42,057 nt of DNA, from IMG/VR virus record IMGVR_UViG_3300044606_000055, positions 1-42,057 of that record; one strand, 5' to 3'. The translations under genes were made by a program, and so were the position numbers. The stretch comes from a virus. Taxonomy: Duplodnaviria; Caudoviricetes. A model generated the notes under the pieces. It made no database searches and was not told where the DNA came from. It was given only the letters and a program-made list of their open reading frames with translations. Shown in pieces: positions 9,026-17,093 of the stretch (its first letter is position 1; every line of letters begins with the position of its first letter).

Positions 9026-9217
9026 TTAATTCAATTTATTTTCTTCTGCCATCTGATAAAACTTGCCTAGGGCATCGTTATAGTCCATATTACCATATTT
9101 AGTATAGAAATATGGCTTTGTAAGAGCAACCGTATATCCGTTTTCGTCAGGATCAAAGTATAAAAGTAATGATATTTTTTTATCAATATCCCGATATGAT
9201 TTCAGTGTACTTTCCAT
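9026..9217 (-). CDS. hypothetical protein
   Basis: ORF track trimmed to MESTLK; AAGGAG RBS. Confidence 0.65.
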   Translation of the reverse strand: MESTLKSYRDIDKKISLLLYFDPDENGYTVALTKPYFYTKYGNMDYNDALGKFYQMAEENKLN

Positions 9218-9221
9218 AATT

Positions 9222-9698
9222 CTATCTCCTTTCATAGTCATTCATAAGCCAACCGACACCCTTAGAATGCCGTTCATCAAACCAATGCCATATATCCTCT
9301 CTGTTCGTTCCTGCCGTGAAACCGTTCCAATCCTGTTCTATCTCTTCTGTTTCGGGGTTCATAGGAATATCCCCGAATTCATTCCATAATGCTTCAATCT
9401 CTTTATCTTTATTAATTTCTACATAAACCTGTTTCGGTATGTTGTGTTGTTCAAAATAATAAGTGATACAAACCGCTATGGTATCTGATATTTCATCTTC
9501 CATTTCATTTGTAATGTCCATCAAACTCATTTCCATCTGATAACCACCAATCAGAACAATGATGTTATCATAATAATTTTGTTTTTCAATTCTACGCCAA
9601 TTGTTTTCTTCTTTATCTTCACAGAAATTAAATCCTTCACCTGTTTTAAGGTCTATGGTTTTTTCAATAATTGTGCCAAGTGCAGTTTCTTTTAACAT
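9222..9698 (-). CDS. acidic hypothetical protein
   Basis: ORF track trimmed to MLKET; C-terminal GTNREDIWHWFDE segment. Confidence 0.75.
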   Translation of the reverse strand: MLKETALGTIIEKTIDLKTGEGFNFCEDKEENNWRRIEKQNYYDNIIVLIGGYQMEMSLMDITNEMEDEISDTIAVCITYYFEQHNIPKQVYVEINKDKEIEALWNEFGDIPMNPETEEIEQDWNGFTAGTNREDIWHWFDERHSKGVGWLMNDYERR

Positions 9699-9726
9699 TT
9701 TAAAATCTCCTTTCAAAATAAAAGCT

Positions 9727-9903
9727 TCATTTTATTAATCTTTTCGTGGCCGCTAAAAGAATTTTGCTGATTGCGGTATAATGTAAGTCTAATTCTTCGC
9801 GCTCCTGTTCTGTTGTGCTGGATGTAGTTTCTAATTGTGCGTTATTGGATTTTACCAAACAATCCATTGATTCTTTCAACTTATCAATTGCCCATATGTT
9901 CAT
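9727..9903 (-). CDS. small hypothetical protein (58 aa)
   Basis: Manually read MNIWAIDKLKESMDC...; abuts upstream stop. Confidence 0.6.
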   Translation of the reverse strand: MNIWAIDKLKESMDCLVKSNNAQLETTSSTTEQEREELDLHYTAISKILLAATKRLIK

Positions 9904-10206
9904 TTATATCTCACCCCTTCTTTTCTTGCATTCTTCGCATTGGCAATAATCGGCCACAATGTTATCCAGTTCATCAGAAGCAACAAACTTTGATATGTTA
10001 TACTGCCAACCGTGAGAGCGCACAACCTTGTCATTCTTGCCCCAATAGCCGCGATCCTTCATGCCTCTAACGCTGCCTGTTACGTCAATGTTCGGATGAA
10101 CGCTATGCCCCGTACCTGTTGATCCGTCCTCAATCCATGCGATACCTGTGTTATCATCAATATAGAGATTGGTATAGGGCTTAACTTCCTTGATTAGTCT
10201 TTTCAT
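9904..10206 (-). CDS. hypothetical protein
   Basis: ORF track; GGAGGT RBS lies in motif A spacer. Confidence 0.75.
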   Translation of the reverse strand: MKRLIKEVKPYTNLYIDDNTGIAWIEDGSTGTGHSVHPNIDVTGSVRGMKDRGYWGKNDKVVRSHGWQYNISKFVASDELDNIVADYCQCEECKKRRGEI

Positions 10207-10261
10207 TGAATTAAAAACCTCCTTTTATTGCCTTAATGTCGCGCTGTGCGCTTCGTTAAGG

Positions 10262-10834
10262 CTAGTAATTCAGATAGGCAACCTTACCATTTGTCAACTC
10301 AATATACTGTTCCTCTTCCAGCATATCAGCACCGAATTTTTCATAGTCAAAATATATTTCATTTTCCTTTGTTACAAACCCTAGCTGTTCCGCTTCGTCT
10401 TCTGATGCTTCGTCTATGCTGTCCCATACCGTAGACAGAATACCACGGTCACGATATTCAAGGCCATAGTTATTAAAGAGGATGTTAATATCATCGTCAT
10501 TAAGATTGTATTCCTCTTTGAGATATTCTTTTTCTTCCTGCTGGACTTCCTCAAAAAGTTGCTCATTTTCATCGGACAAAATTTTGTCAATAATCGGCTG
10601 TAAATCAATATCTTTTGGCTCTGCAAGCGCGTAATATTCCTGTTCGGAAAGAATGGTTTTAACTTCGCTATAAGGCACTTCGGCCTTATAACTCATGCTG
10701 AAACATGCTCCCTCTACATTAAATTTGCCATCAATGCAAACGTGCTTTGTACGTAAATCAGCAACATCAATATATTTCACGCAATCCCGATCCTCTGAAT
10801 TCACTTCCTTATACATGAACACTCTATTTCTCAT
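10262..10834 (-). CDS. acidic ArdA-like antirestriction protein (putative DNA mimic)
   Basis: Very D/E-rich; C-terminal YFDYEKFGADM resembles the ArdA YFDYE.(Y/F)GRDL motif. Confidence 0.55.
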   Translation of the reverse strand: MRNRVFMYKEVNSEDRDCVKYIDVADLRTKHVCIDGKFNVEGACFSMSYKAEVPYSEVKTILSEQEYYALAEPKDIDLQPIIDKILSDENEQLFEEVQQEEKEYLKEEYNLNDDDINILFNNYGLEYRDRGILSTVWDSIDEASEDEAEQLGFVTKENEIYFDYEKFGADMLEEEQYIELTNGKVAYLNY

Positions 10835-10866
10835 GATTGTTACCTTCCTTTCATTTCTTGATTATA

Positions 10867-10895
10867 ATTTTATCATGCCCGAATTAGTTTGTCAA
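10867..10895 (-). promoter_or_regulatory. sigmaA promoter for ArdA-like gene
   Basis: TTGACA-17-TAAAAT with extended TG. Confidence 0.7.
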
Positions 10896-10970
10896 TATAC
10901 TTTGCTAAAATCTCAAAAGTTTTTCAAACTTTTTCGTTTTAGCGTGTGCCGTGGCCTATTGGCTGTTCTG

Positions 10971-11126
10971 TTACCTCTCATGATTGCGTTTCTTTCTGTA
11001 CTCATCGAGCGATATCACATTGCTGCTGTTTGTGGGTTTACACAAAGTAATGACCTCCAATATTTCCTTTATCCGCTTGCCATTTTCTTCACGGCAATAT
11101 TTTTCGTATTCTTCTATGCTCATCAT
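10971..11126 (-). CDS. small hypothetical protein (51 aa)
   Basis: Manually read MMSIEEYEKYCREENGKR...; AAGGAG RBS; TAA inside motif B. Confidence 0.6.
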   Translation of the reverse strand: MMSIEEYEKYCREENGKRIKEILEVITLCKPTNSSNVISLDEYRKKRNHER

Positions 11127-11165
11127 AGTTTTTATTTCTCCTTTGATTGTGTTAAATTCGGTATT

Positions 11166-11657
11166 TTAAAACATTTTATGAAAATCTTTTTCAAACTTTG
11201 TGCCGATCCAATCAATTTTAACGGCATAACAACTCAAAGCATCAAGTTTATCATCGTTCCGAATCCAATTGATTGTGTGTTGTGTATTTACGATTCTTCT
11301 TTTCTTTTCCCATTCAATAGCATCAACATTTTCAGGCTTGGGAGTTTCCCAATCAATAAAAGTGTCGCCATGATATGTTGCTTCTCCACCTGTTTCCATT
11401 CTAATCTGTTCGCCTCTGGAATGAACAATAAGACCAATTTTTGAAACATCCGTTATTTCAAAGTCGTTGACGGAAATACCGTACCACGCCTTTCCTTCAT
11501 CTATGTAATCATCAAGTCCTATCCTTGTTGTTGCTCCGCAATGACCACAAATGAAAAGAATTTCTTTATCCTGTTCGTTACATACCTTTTCAAGTTTTTC
11601 ATTCTCAATAAAATGCACTCGTCCACAATTGCAAAACCTTACATCATATTTTCTCAT
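11166..11657 (-). CDS. Zn-binding hypothetical protein
   Basis: ORF track trimmed to MRKYDVRFCNCGRVH; CGHC. Confidence 0.75.
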   Translation of the reverse strand: MRKYDVRFCNCGRVHFIENEKLEKVCNEQDKEILFICGHCGATTRIGLDDYIDEGKAWYGISVNDFEITDVSKIGLIVHSRGEQIRMETGGEATYHGDTFIDWETPKPENVDAIEWEKKRRIVNTQHTINWIRNDDKLDALSCYAVKIDWIGTKFEKDFHKMF

Positions 11658-11697
11658 TTTAAATTCCTTTCTGTGCCGTGGCACATAGTTAGTGCTG

Positions 11698-11937
11698 TTA
11701 CATAAAATGATAATCTTTATTTGCATACTGGATTATAATGTCGGCTGCGGCTATTGCTCCACATTCAGAATAATCAAAGAGCCATAATTGTCTCATATAA
11801 TCATCAGTAAAAAGAATACCATTTACGCGCTTTTCATATCCGGCACAAATTGTTTCTTCGCCTTTATTAGCATTGAGATATATTAACTCTTTATCAAGTA
11901 ATTTTTTCTTGATCATTTCTTGCGTATAAGGCAACAT
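11698..11937 (-). CDS. hypothetical protein
   Basis: ORF track trimmed to MLPYT; TAA inside motif B. Confidence 0.7.
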   Translation of the reverse strand: MLPYTQEMIKKKLLDKELIYLNANKGEETICAGYEKRVNGILFTDDYMRQLWLFDYSECGAIAAADIIIQYANKDYHFM

Positions 11938-11976
11938 AATTTCTCCTTTCAATGATTAAAATCATTGTTTTAACTG

Positions 11977-12324
11977 TTATAGTTTTACATAACCATACTG
12001 TATTAAACTATTTGCTACACAACAAAGCTGCTTATATTTGTTTAAAAACCTATCGCTCTTTTCTGTTTTCCCATTATGTAATGCTCTGTGTATTTCAACA
12101 GTATTCCCATAACTTAAAAACCTACATAACCAAGGCTCAAAACCCATTGTCCCAATATATTCTAAACTCCATTCATTAACGGAATGAAAAGTTAAAATAT
12201 ATGTGTGATCATAGTTTTTATTTCTAATTTTCCACTTGTTTTTGTCTATTTTTTCAATACTATATGATATTTCAATAGCCTTTTCCGTTTGTTCCTTACT
12301 TGTGATATTACTAAATTTAATCAT
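11977..12324 (-). CDS. hypothetical protein
   Basis: ORF track trimmed to MIKFS; GGAG RBS inside motif A. Confidence 0.7.
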   Translation of the reverse strand: MIKFSNITSKEQTEKAIEISYSIEKIDKNKWKIRNKNYDHTYILTFHSVNEWSLEYIGTMGFEPWLCRFLSYGNTVEIHRALHNGKTEKSDRFLNKYKQLCCVANSLIQYGYVKL

Positions 12325-12344
12325 AATTAAAACGCTCCTTCTAT

Positions 12345-12461
12345 TCACCTTCCTGCGATAAGTTTATCGCGCCAGATATTTGTACCAAAGATATCTCCGA
12401 CATATTCTAGTCCTAATTGGTAGTCCTCCATGCTCGTAAAAGAAAAATTATTGGTTTTCAT
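12345..12461 (-). CDS. small hypothetical protein (38 aa)
   Basis: MKTNNFSFTSMEDYQLG...; AAGGAGG RBS. Confidence 0.55.
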   Translation of the reverse strand: MKTNNFSFTSMEDYQLGLEYVGDIFGTNIWRDKLIAGR

Positions 12462-12709
12462 GCTGCGACCTCCTTATTATTTGATTATATTCAAATCATT
12501 ACTGATTAGTTTGTCAACATATTTTTAAAATATTTATGCCGTGGCCTAGAAAATTTTCTGTTACCGTGGTGAATGCTCGTCCACTTTAGATTAGTTTATG
12601 CCGTGGCATAAAATGTTTGCTGTTACCCTTCTCTACTGTCAGTAGAATTACATATACTGTCAAAAATATATTGTGGGTTTTTCCGTGTTTTCCTGACTCT
12701 ACTCACAGT

Positions 12710-12913
12710 TTACCCGATAACTTTTAATATCTGCTGCCGTATTTTATCGCTGGAATCATATTTGCTAATATGCCATGTTTTCACAAGCACATTATTTTTG
12801 TACTTGTATATCATAATTGTGTCTGCTCTTAACTCAATACGGAGATCACCACGGACAAAATTAAGATTATCCGCAAAAGTTTTAAAACCATGCTTTTCTA
12901 AAAATTCCTTCAT
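12710..12913 (-). CDS. hypothetical protein
   Basis: ORF track; AAGGAG RBS. Confidence 0.7.
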   Translation of the reverse strand: MKEFLEKHGFKTFADNLNFVRGDLRIELRADTIMIYKYKNNVLVKTWHISKYDSSDKIRQQILKVIG

Positions 12914-13053
12914 TCCTATTCTCCTTACATTTTATTTCAACGTGGTACAATTGCCACGCTGTTATCTAGAATGCTTGTCCAAAATGCCAAAGTCTCACGC
13001 ATAAATGCGTTTCGCTTTGACTAAAGACTTGTCCACTTTTTTATATTTTATGC

Positions 13054-13132
13054 CGTGGCACGTATGCCGCGCTGTTACCCCGTGGCACGTATGTCGCGCT
13101 GTTACCCCGTGGCACAGGTATACGGCTGTTAC
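13054..13132. repeat. three tandem 27-bp units of motif B
   Basis: CGTGGcacgtatgccgcgCTGTTACcc / CGTGGcacgtatgtcgcgCTGTTACcc / CGTGGcacaggtatacggCTGTTAC. Confidence 0.95.
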
Positions 13133-13216
13133 CCTGACAGGGTATGCCCTATGCGCTGCCGATTGACTATATATCGTGTGCCGATATATCATATTGTGAT
13201 ATACTCAATTCATAAC

Positions 13217-13245
13217 ATACTAATATAATATGTTTTATCTGTCAA
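13217..13245 (-). promoter_or_regulatory. sigmaA promoter upstream of motif-B cluster
   Basis: TTGACA-17-TAGTAT. Confidence 0.55.
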
Positions 13246-13472
13246 GCGCATAGTATATCATAGTAGTATAGTATACTAGCATATAGAATAAACGTTCGGT
13301 ATTATGTCAAGTCATACAAGCGATTTTAAGACGCTATTTTTATATGAGTCAATACTTTATAAGGCTAAAATGTTTTCGCGTCTCTATGCGGCTCTAGTGG
13401 CCTCATATCGCGTATTAGATAGCACTATTTTTAATGTTATCTAATATGAGATATGATCCAGCGAATAAAGGC

Positions 13473-13523
13473 AAACAAAAAAGCCTATAAAACAATAGCA
13501 TTATAACTATTGCTTTATAGGCT
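13473..13523 (-). terminator. Rho-independent terminator
   Basis: AGCCTATAAA...TTTATAGGCT stem followed by TTTTTGTTT on minus strand. Confidence 0.7.
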
Positions 13524-13575
13524 CAGGCTGCCACAATCGCGCATTAAAAATGCTTGTTGTGGCTATGCTCAGGCA

Positions 13576-13698
13576 CTATTTATATTCTATCTCATTTTTG
13601 CATTTTTTACAGTAAAGCAAAACATTTTTTAATATATATCCGTCTTTTACCTTCGCTATTTTTTGGCCGCATATCGGGCAGTAAAGCCAATTAATCAT
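13576..13698 (-). CDS. 40-aa Zn-ribbon protein (Cys-rich KTR/Com-like)
   Basis: MINWLYCPICGQKIAKVKDGYILKNVLLYCKKCKNEIEYK. Confidence 0.7.
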   Translation of the reverse strand: MINWLYCPICGQKIAKVKDGYILKNVLLYCKKCKNEIEYK

Positions 13699-13847
13699 AT
13701 AGTTATTACCTGCCTTTTGTATTCATCACGATATAATTTTTCAGCTTCTTTTTTCGTATATCCGTAATATTGGCGAATACCCAAAAAACCATATATTGCC
13801 CACGCGCCACGAATATTTTTTTCAGTAAAAAAGATAATACTTTTCAT
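13695..13847 (-). CDS. small hypothetical protein (50 aa)
   Basis: MKSIIFFTEKNIRGAWAIYG...QYYGYTKKEA; GGAGG RBS. Confidence 0.65.
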   Translation of the reverse strand: MKSIIFFTEKNIRGAWAIYGFLGIRQYYGYTKKEAEKLYRDEYKRQVITI

Positions 13848-13850
13848 GTT

Positions 13851-14030
13851 TCAAGCCTCCAGCATTATATAGTCTTTATAAGTCAATGCCATACATGCAG
13901 CCGCTTCAATTTGTGCGGCTTTTTTAGTCTTATGGAATGATCCGAAAACAGGGATATTAGAATATCCTTTTTTATGGGCATACCATAAGCCGATTGTTTC
14001 ATCTTTAGAGACAGTATAATAACGTTTCAT
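13851..14030 (-). CDS. small hypothetical protein (59 aa)
   Basis: MKRYYTVSKDETIGLWYAH...; GGAGG RBS. Confidence 0.65.
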   Translation of the reverse strand: MKRYYTVSKDETIGLWYAHKKGYSNIPVFGSFHKTKKAAQIEAAACMALTYKDYIMLEA

Positions 14031-14140
14031 TGCTTCATATCCTCCAATAGTTTATTTACACTCTATAGAGTGTTTATTGCCGGATATCCGCAAATATCCA
14101 GCCATAAAGACTCTAAACAATGAATAGAATCTGTTTTTTA

Positions 14141-14407
14141 TCATCTTATAACGTGATGAAAAGTATTAACGTCAAAATAATGATAATGGGTATATGGTTT
14201 ACATGATCCGAACGCATTTTTGCGTCTAGTGGCCGATACAATATAACAGATATGTTTTTCGCCGCAGATATCGGTTATTTCTACAGTATTTTTTAATAAC
14301 CGCATATCGGATAAACGTTCGCCAAAAAACTTTAGTGTATCATGGTCAAAAAAATGCGTTTCCCCTCCTTTGTTTTCAATGTTTCTTTTCAATTCATAAA
14401 ATTCCAT
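14141..14407 (-). CDS. hypothetical protein
   Basis: ORF track; HFFDHDTLKFFG motif; AAGGAG RBS. Confidence 0.75.
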   Translation of the reverse strand: MEFYELKRNIENKGGETHFFDHDTLKFFGERLSDMRLLKNTVEITDICGEKHICYIVSATRRKNAFGSCKPYTHYHYFDVNTFHHVIR

Positions 14408-14486
14408 GATATTATATTCTCCTTTACTATTTTTATTTTAAAGCAAATATCTAATAGCACTCGTTTGAATGCTATTAGTAAATGTT

Positions 14487-14879
14487 CTAAAGTCGTTCAC
14501 ATTCAAGTAATTTATCATAAAGACTGCCCAAAAGCCATTTTGCGTTTTTGGTCTCTTCTACGCATGAATTATATATTTTTTCTGCTTTTCTGCTATCTTC
14601 ATCATATCCGAATTCGCTTGCCCATTCTTCAAAAGATGAATAATTGTCTGTACTATCCACAATAATACAATCCAATAAATCTTCGATTGTGGGATCATCT
14701 TTCACCCCGCTGCCCTGACTGTAATATATTTCTATATTGCGTCCTTTATAACAGATATCACATTTGAAATGTTTTGATCCTTTTCCCCACTCATTATTAT
14801 TATCCGGTCTTTTTTCAATCTGTCTATACTCCAATGTAATATTGTTTTCCTCTGCGAATTCTTTTATAGTCTTTTCCAT
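14487..14879 (-). CDS. acidic hypothetical phage protein
   Basis: ORF track; FEEWASEFGYDEDSRKAEKIY segment. Confidence 0.75.
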   Translation of the reverse strand: MEKTIKEFAEENNITLEYRQIEKRPDNNNEWGKGSKHFKCDICYKGRNIEIYYSQGSGVKDDPTIEDLLDCIIVDSTDNYSSFEEWASEFGYDEDSRKAEKIYNSCVEETKNAKWLLGSLYDKLLECERL

Positions 14880-14971
14880 TTTTATATACTTCCTTTACTT
14901 TAATATTAATAGTCTTTTAGACTATTTTAGATTGTGCGCTCACGAATAGCAAGCGCATAACATAAAATATT

Positions 14972-15193
14972 CTATTTATTGCACCGCATACATTCATTCA
15001 GATAATACCGAACACGGCCAAAAATGATATATGCATTGCCTTTTGCGGTATAATATACCTTGTGATATCGTGGTGTATCGTCATTAATACCGCATAGCAT
15101 TCTATCATTAATGCCATATTCAACGTCATAAACATTAAGTGATGCAGTATTGCATATTCCCCATGAAGCAATAACTTTTTTATCTGTTTTCAT
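14972..15193 (-). CDS. hypothetical protein
   Basis: ORF track; RBS. Confidence 0.7.
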   Translation of the reverse strand: MKTDKKVIASWGICNTASLNVYDVEYGINDRMLCGINDDTPRYHKVYYTAKGNAYIIFGRVRYYLNECMRCNK

Positions 15194-15293
15194 TTTCCTT
15201 TACTCCTTTTTTATCTGATATGATATCAGATTATTTATGAATAGTCATTAATAAATAATGACTATCAATAAACATTCTAATAACTTAAAATGC

Positions 15294-15560
15294 TTATTCT
15301 ATTGTATGATCCGCGACAAAAACGGCATTATGCTTTATTTCCGGCGCGTATTGGCATTGAGCGATATAAAGCACAACGTTATTATATTTATTGAGTAATG
15401 CTTCTTTTTCTTCATTTTTAAGTGGTTTACACAATTTATACAACGTGCCATATATTCTTTTTCCGTCTCTTTTTCGGTTTACACTCATACGGCAAAAGTC
15501 ATAATAGTGATATCCTTCATTAGTATAAAAGTCATATTCTTTTAATTTAGTCTTTTTCAT
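15294..15560 (-). CDS. hypothetical protein
   Basis: ORF track; AAGGAG RBS. Confidence 0.7.
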   Translation of the reverse strand: MKKTKLKEYDFYTNEGYHYYDFCRMSVNRKRDGKRIYGTLYKLCKPLKNEEKEALLNKYNNVVLYIAQCQYAPEIKHNAVFVADHTIE

Positions 15561-15660
15561 TGTGGTAAACTCCTTTTAATAATTTTAAAATACTTTGACT
15601 ATTAATCAAAATATTTTGAAAAGATATCTAACATATTATTAGATATCAATTCAAAGTATT

Positions 15661-15786
15661 TCAATTTTTAATTCTGACATATCCCCTCTTTGCTAATTGT
15701 CTATCGAACCATTTTTCACCTGCCCACAAAATAATAGGCAATATGACCGCGACAATGCCGCATATTATCATCAGTAAAGCAAACAT
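15661..15786 (-). CDS. small membrane protein (41 aa)
   Basis: MFALLMIICGIVAVILPIILWAGEKWF...; GGAGG RBS. Confidence 0.6.
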   Translation of the reverse strand: MFALLMIICGIVAVILPIILWAGEKWFDRQLAKRGYVRIKN

Positions 15787-15857
15787 TAGTATAAATCTCC
15801 TCCCCACTGATGAATGATTGTAATTGACTGATCCTCATAATCATCATTGTTATACAT
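15786..15857 (-). CDS. 23-aa acidic peptide
   Basis: MYNNDDYEDQSITIIHQWGGDLY; TAATG coupling to next gene. Confidence 0.4.
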   Translation of the reverse strand: MYNNDDYEDQSITIIHQWGGDLY

Positions 15858-15872
15858 TGTTTTCTTTTCCTT

Positions 15873-16022
15873 TCAAATTGCTATTGCATAATCGTTACAA
15901 CGTGTTACTTCATATCGCGTCCAGCTTGCGCGGCTATTGTTATGTTCCGCAAAACTGCGACACGCCTTTTCTGATCCCTGATAACAGATATCGTCCGACA
16001 AAAAATCAATAACACAAAACAT
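15873..16022 (-). CDS. small hypothetical protein (49 aa)
   Basis: MFCVIDFLSDDICYQGSEKAC...; AAGGAGG RBS. Confidence 0.6.
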   Translation of the reverse strand: MFCVIDFLSDDICYQGSEKACRSFAEHNNSRASWTRYEVTRCNDYAIAI

Positions 16023-16294
16023 TTTAAAATTTCCTCCTTATTTTTCGATTATATTTTGACGCAATCTCACAATTAAAAATTGTTTCGTCGCGTCAAGCTT
16101 TTAAAAATATAAATTGTTTATCGCTGCATTCTTATAAACTATTGTAAACAAGAATACAGCCACAAAGAATTTACGCTTGGTCAATACGAAGTTTACGAAG
16201 TAAACGAGATATTGACATAAAACAAGTTTTTTATTACATTCCGTGGTACATTCTTTGTTCTGTTACCGTGGTATGATATGCGGCCTGTTACCTG

Positions 16295-16822
16295 TTATAT
16301 AAATATTTTTGATACAAAACATTCGTCATTAGATTTTTCAATATCTTCTAATGTTTTTTTGAGACTCCTATATATATCATTGATAATACTATAGGCAGTG
16401 TTACGATAGAAGAATTCGCCGTATTTATTCCGTTTGTCTTCTGCTTCACTTAATGCATAATCGTCCATAGTGCCATAATGAATGCCACGTTTTTGCACTT
16501 CTTTAAAATCTTCTGCTATTTGTTTAAATAACGTTTGTATTTGATTGTATGATATTGTGTATTGTTCATAGTTTTCTTCTATTATTTTTTTGTACTTGTT
16601 TTTATAGGATATGCTTATATTTTTTTGTTTTGCCAGTTTGATAACGTCTTTATATAAGCGCATAATATCAAAACCGTGTATAAATTCTTTTGGTCTGTTT
16701 ATATAGCAATAATTTGTATTATCGCTATTTACTTTTACAATATCGTCATTAATAAGATATTGCACATTCGGCACTAATTCTTTTTGCAAATATTCTTTGT
16801 CTTTTACTTCATCGTACTGCAT
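16295..16822 (-). CDS. hypothetical protein
   Basis: ORF track; GGAGGT RBS. Confidence 0.75.
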   Translation of the reverse strand: MQYDEVKDKEYLQKELVPNVQYLINDDIVKVNSDNTNYCYINRPKEFIHGFDIMRLYKDVIKLAKQKNISISYKNKYKKIIEENYEQYTISYNQIQTLFKQIAEDFKEVQKRGIHYGTMDDYALSEAEDKRNKYGEFFYRNTAYSIINDIYRSLKKTLEDIEKSNDECFVSKIFI

Positions 16823-16823
16823 A

Positions 16824-17093
16824 CTATTTACCTCCAGTAAAAATAGAATAATCTATCATAGGTTTATTAACCTTTTGATATTCTTCCTTTACGAATTGTT
16901 CATCTTTTGCAATTTGCCTTTTTTGTGCTTCTGTTATTGACTTTTCTTTTGTCGGATCAAAGTCTATACAATGTTTCCCGCAATGCCAAAAGTTTTCGCT
17001 GCGATATTTAAGAGAATATAAAAGGCAGTTTTCACATTGTGGCGTATTGGTACAATTCTTCTTTGCTTGCAATTCTCTTTCCTGTTTAGTCAT
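16824..17093 (-). CDS. Cys-containing hypothetical protein
   Basis: ORF track trimmed to MTKQERE; GGAGGT RBS. Confidence 0.7.
   Translation of the reverse strand: MTKQERELQAKKNCTNTPQCENCLLYSLKYRSENFWHCGKHCIDFDPTKEKSITEAQKRQIAKDEQFVKEEYQKVNKPMIDYSIFTGGK

Larger units (their letters stand above)
1761..16291 (-). repeat. Motif B: bipartite CGTGG-N13-CTGTTAC (GTAACAG-N13-CCACG on coding strand), 14 co-oriented copies
   Basis: 25-bp copies starting at 1761,2707,6681,8291,10950,11677,12540,12602,12941 (CTGTTAT),13054,13081,13108,16242,16267; spacer always 13 nt but variable in sequence. Confidence 0.95.

Noticed and set aside
6681-12626. Motif B as a sigma54 promoter (TGGCAC)
   Set aside because: No conserved GC at the required GG-N10-GC spacing, and it would face antisense to all genes.
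13054-13132. CRISPR array
   Set aside because: Units are only 27 bp with 13-nt variable parts, two nearly identical; no cas genes in the window.
12995-13192. 65-aa ORF with repeated CHGVTARHT
   Set aside because: Translation of the tandem motif B DNA repeats; no RBS.
588-16012. Plus-strand ORFs in the left arm (e.g. 2820-3314, 10695-11444, 14342-14665)
   Set aside because: Antisense to well-tiled minus-strand genes with RBSs; F/L/I/S-rich shadow composition.
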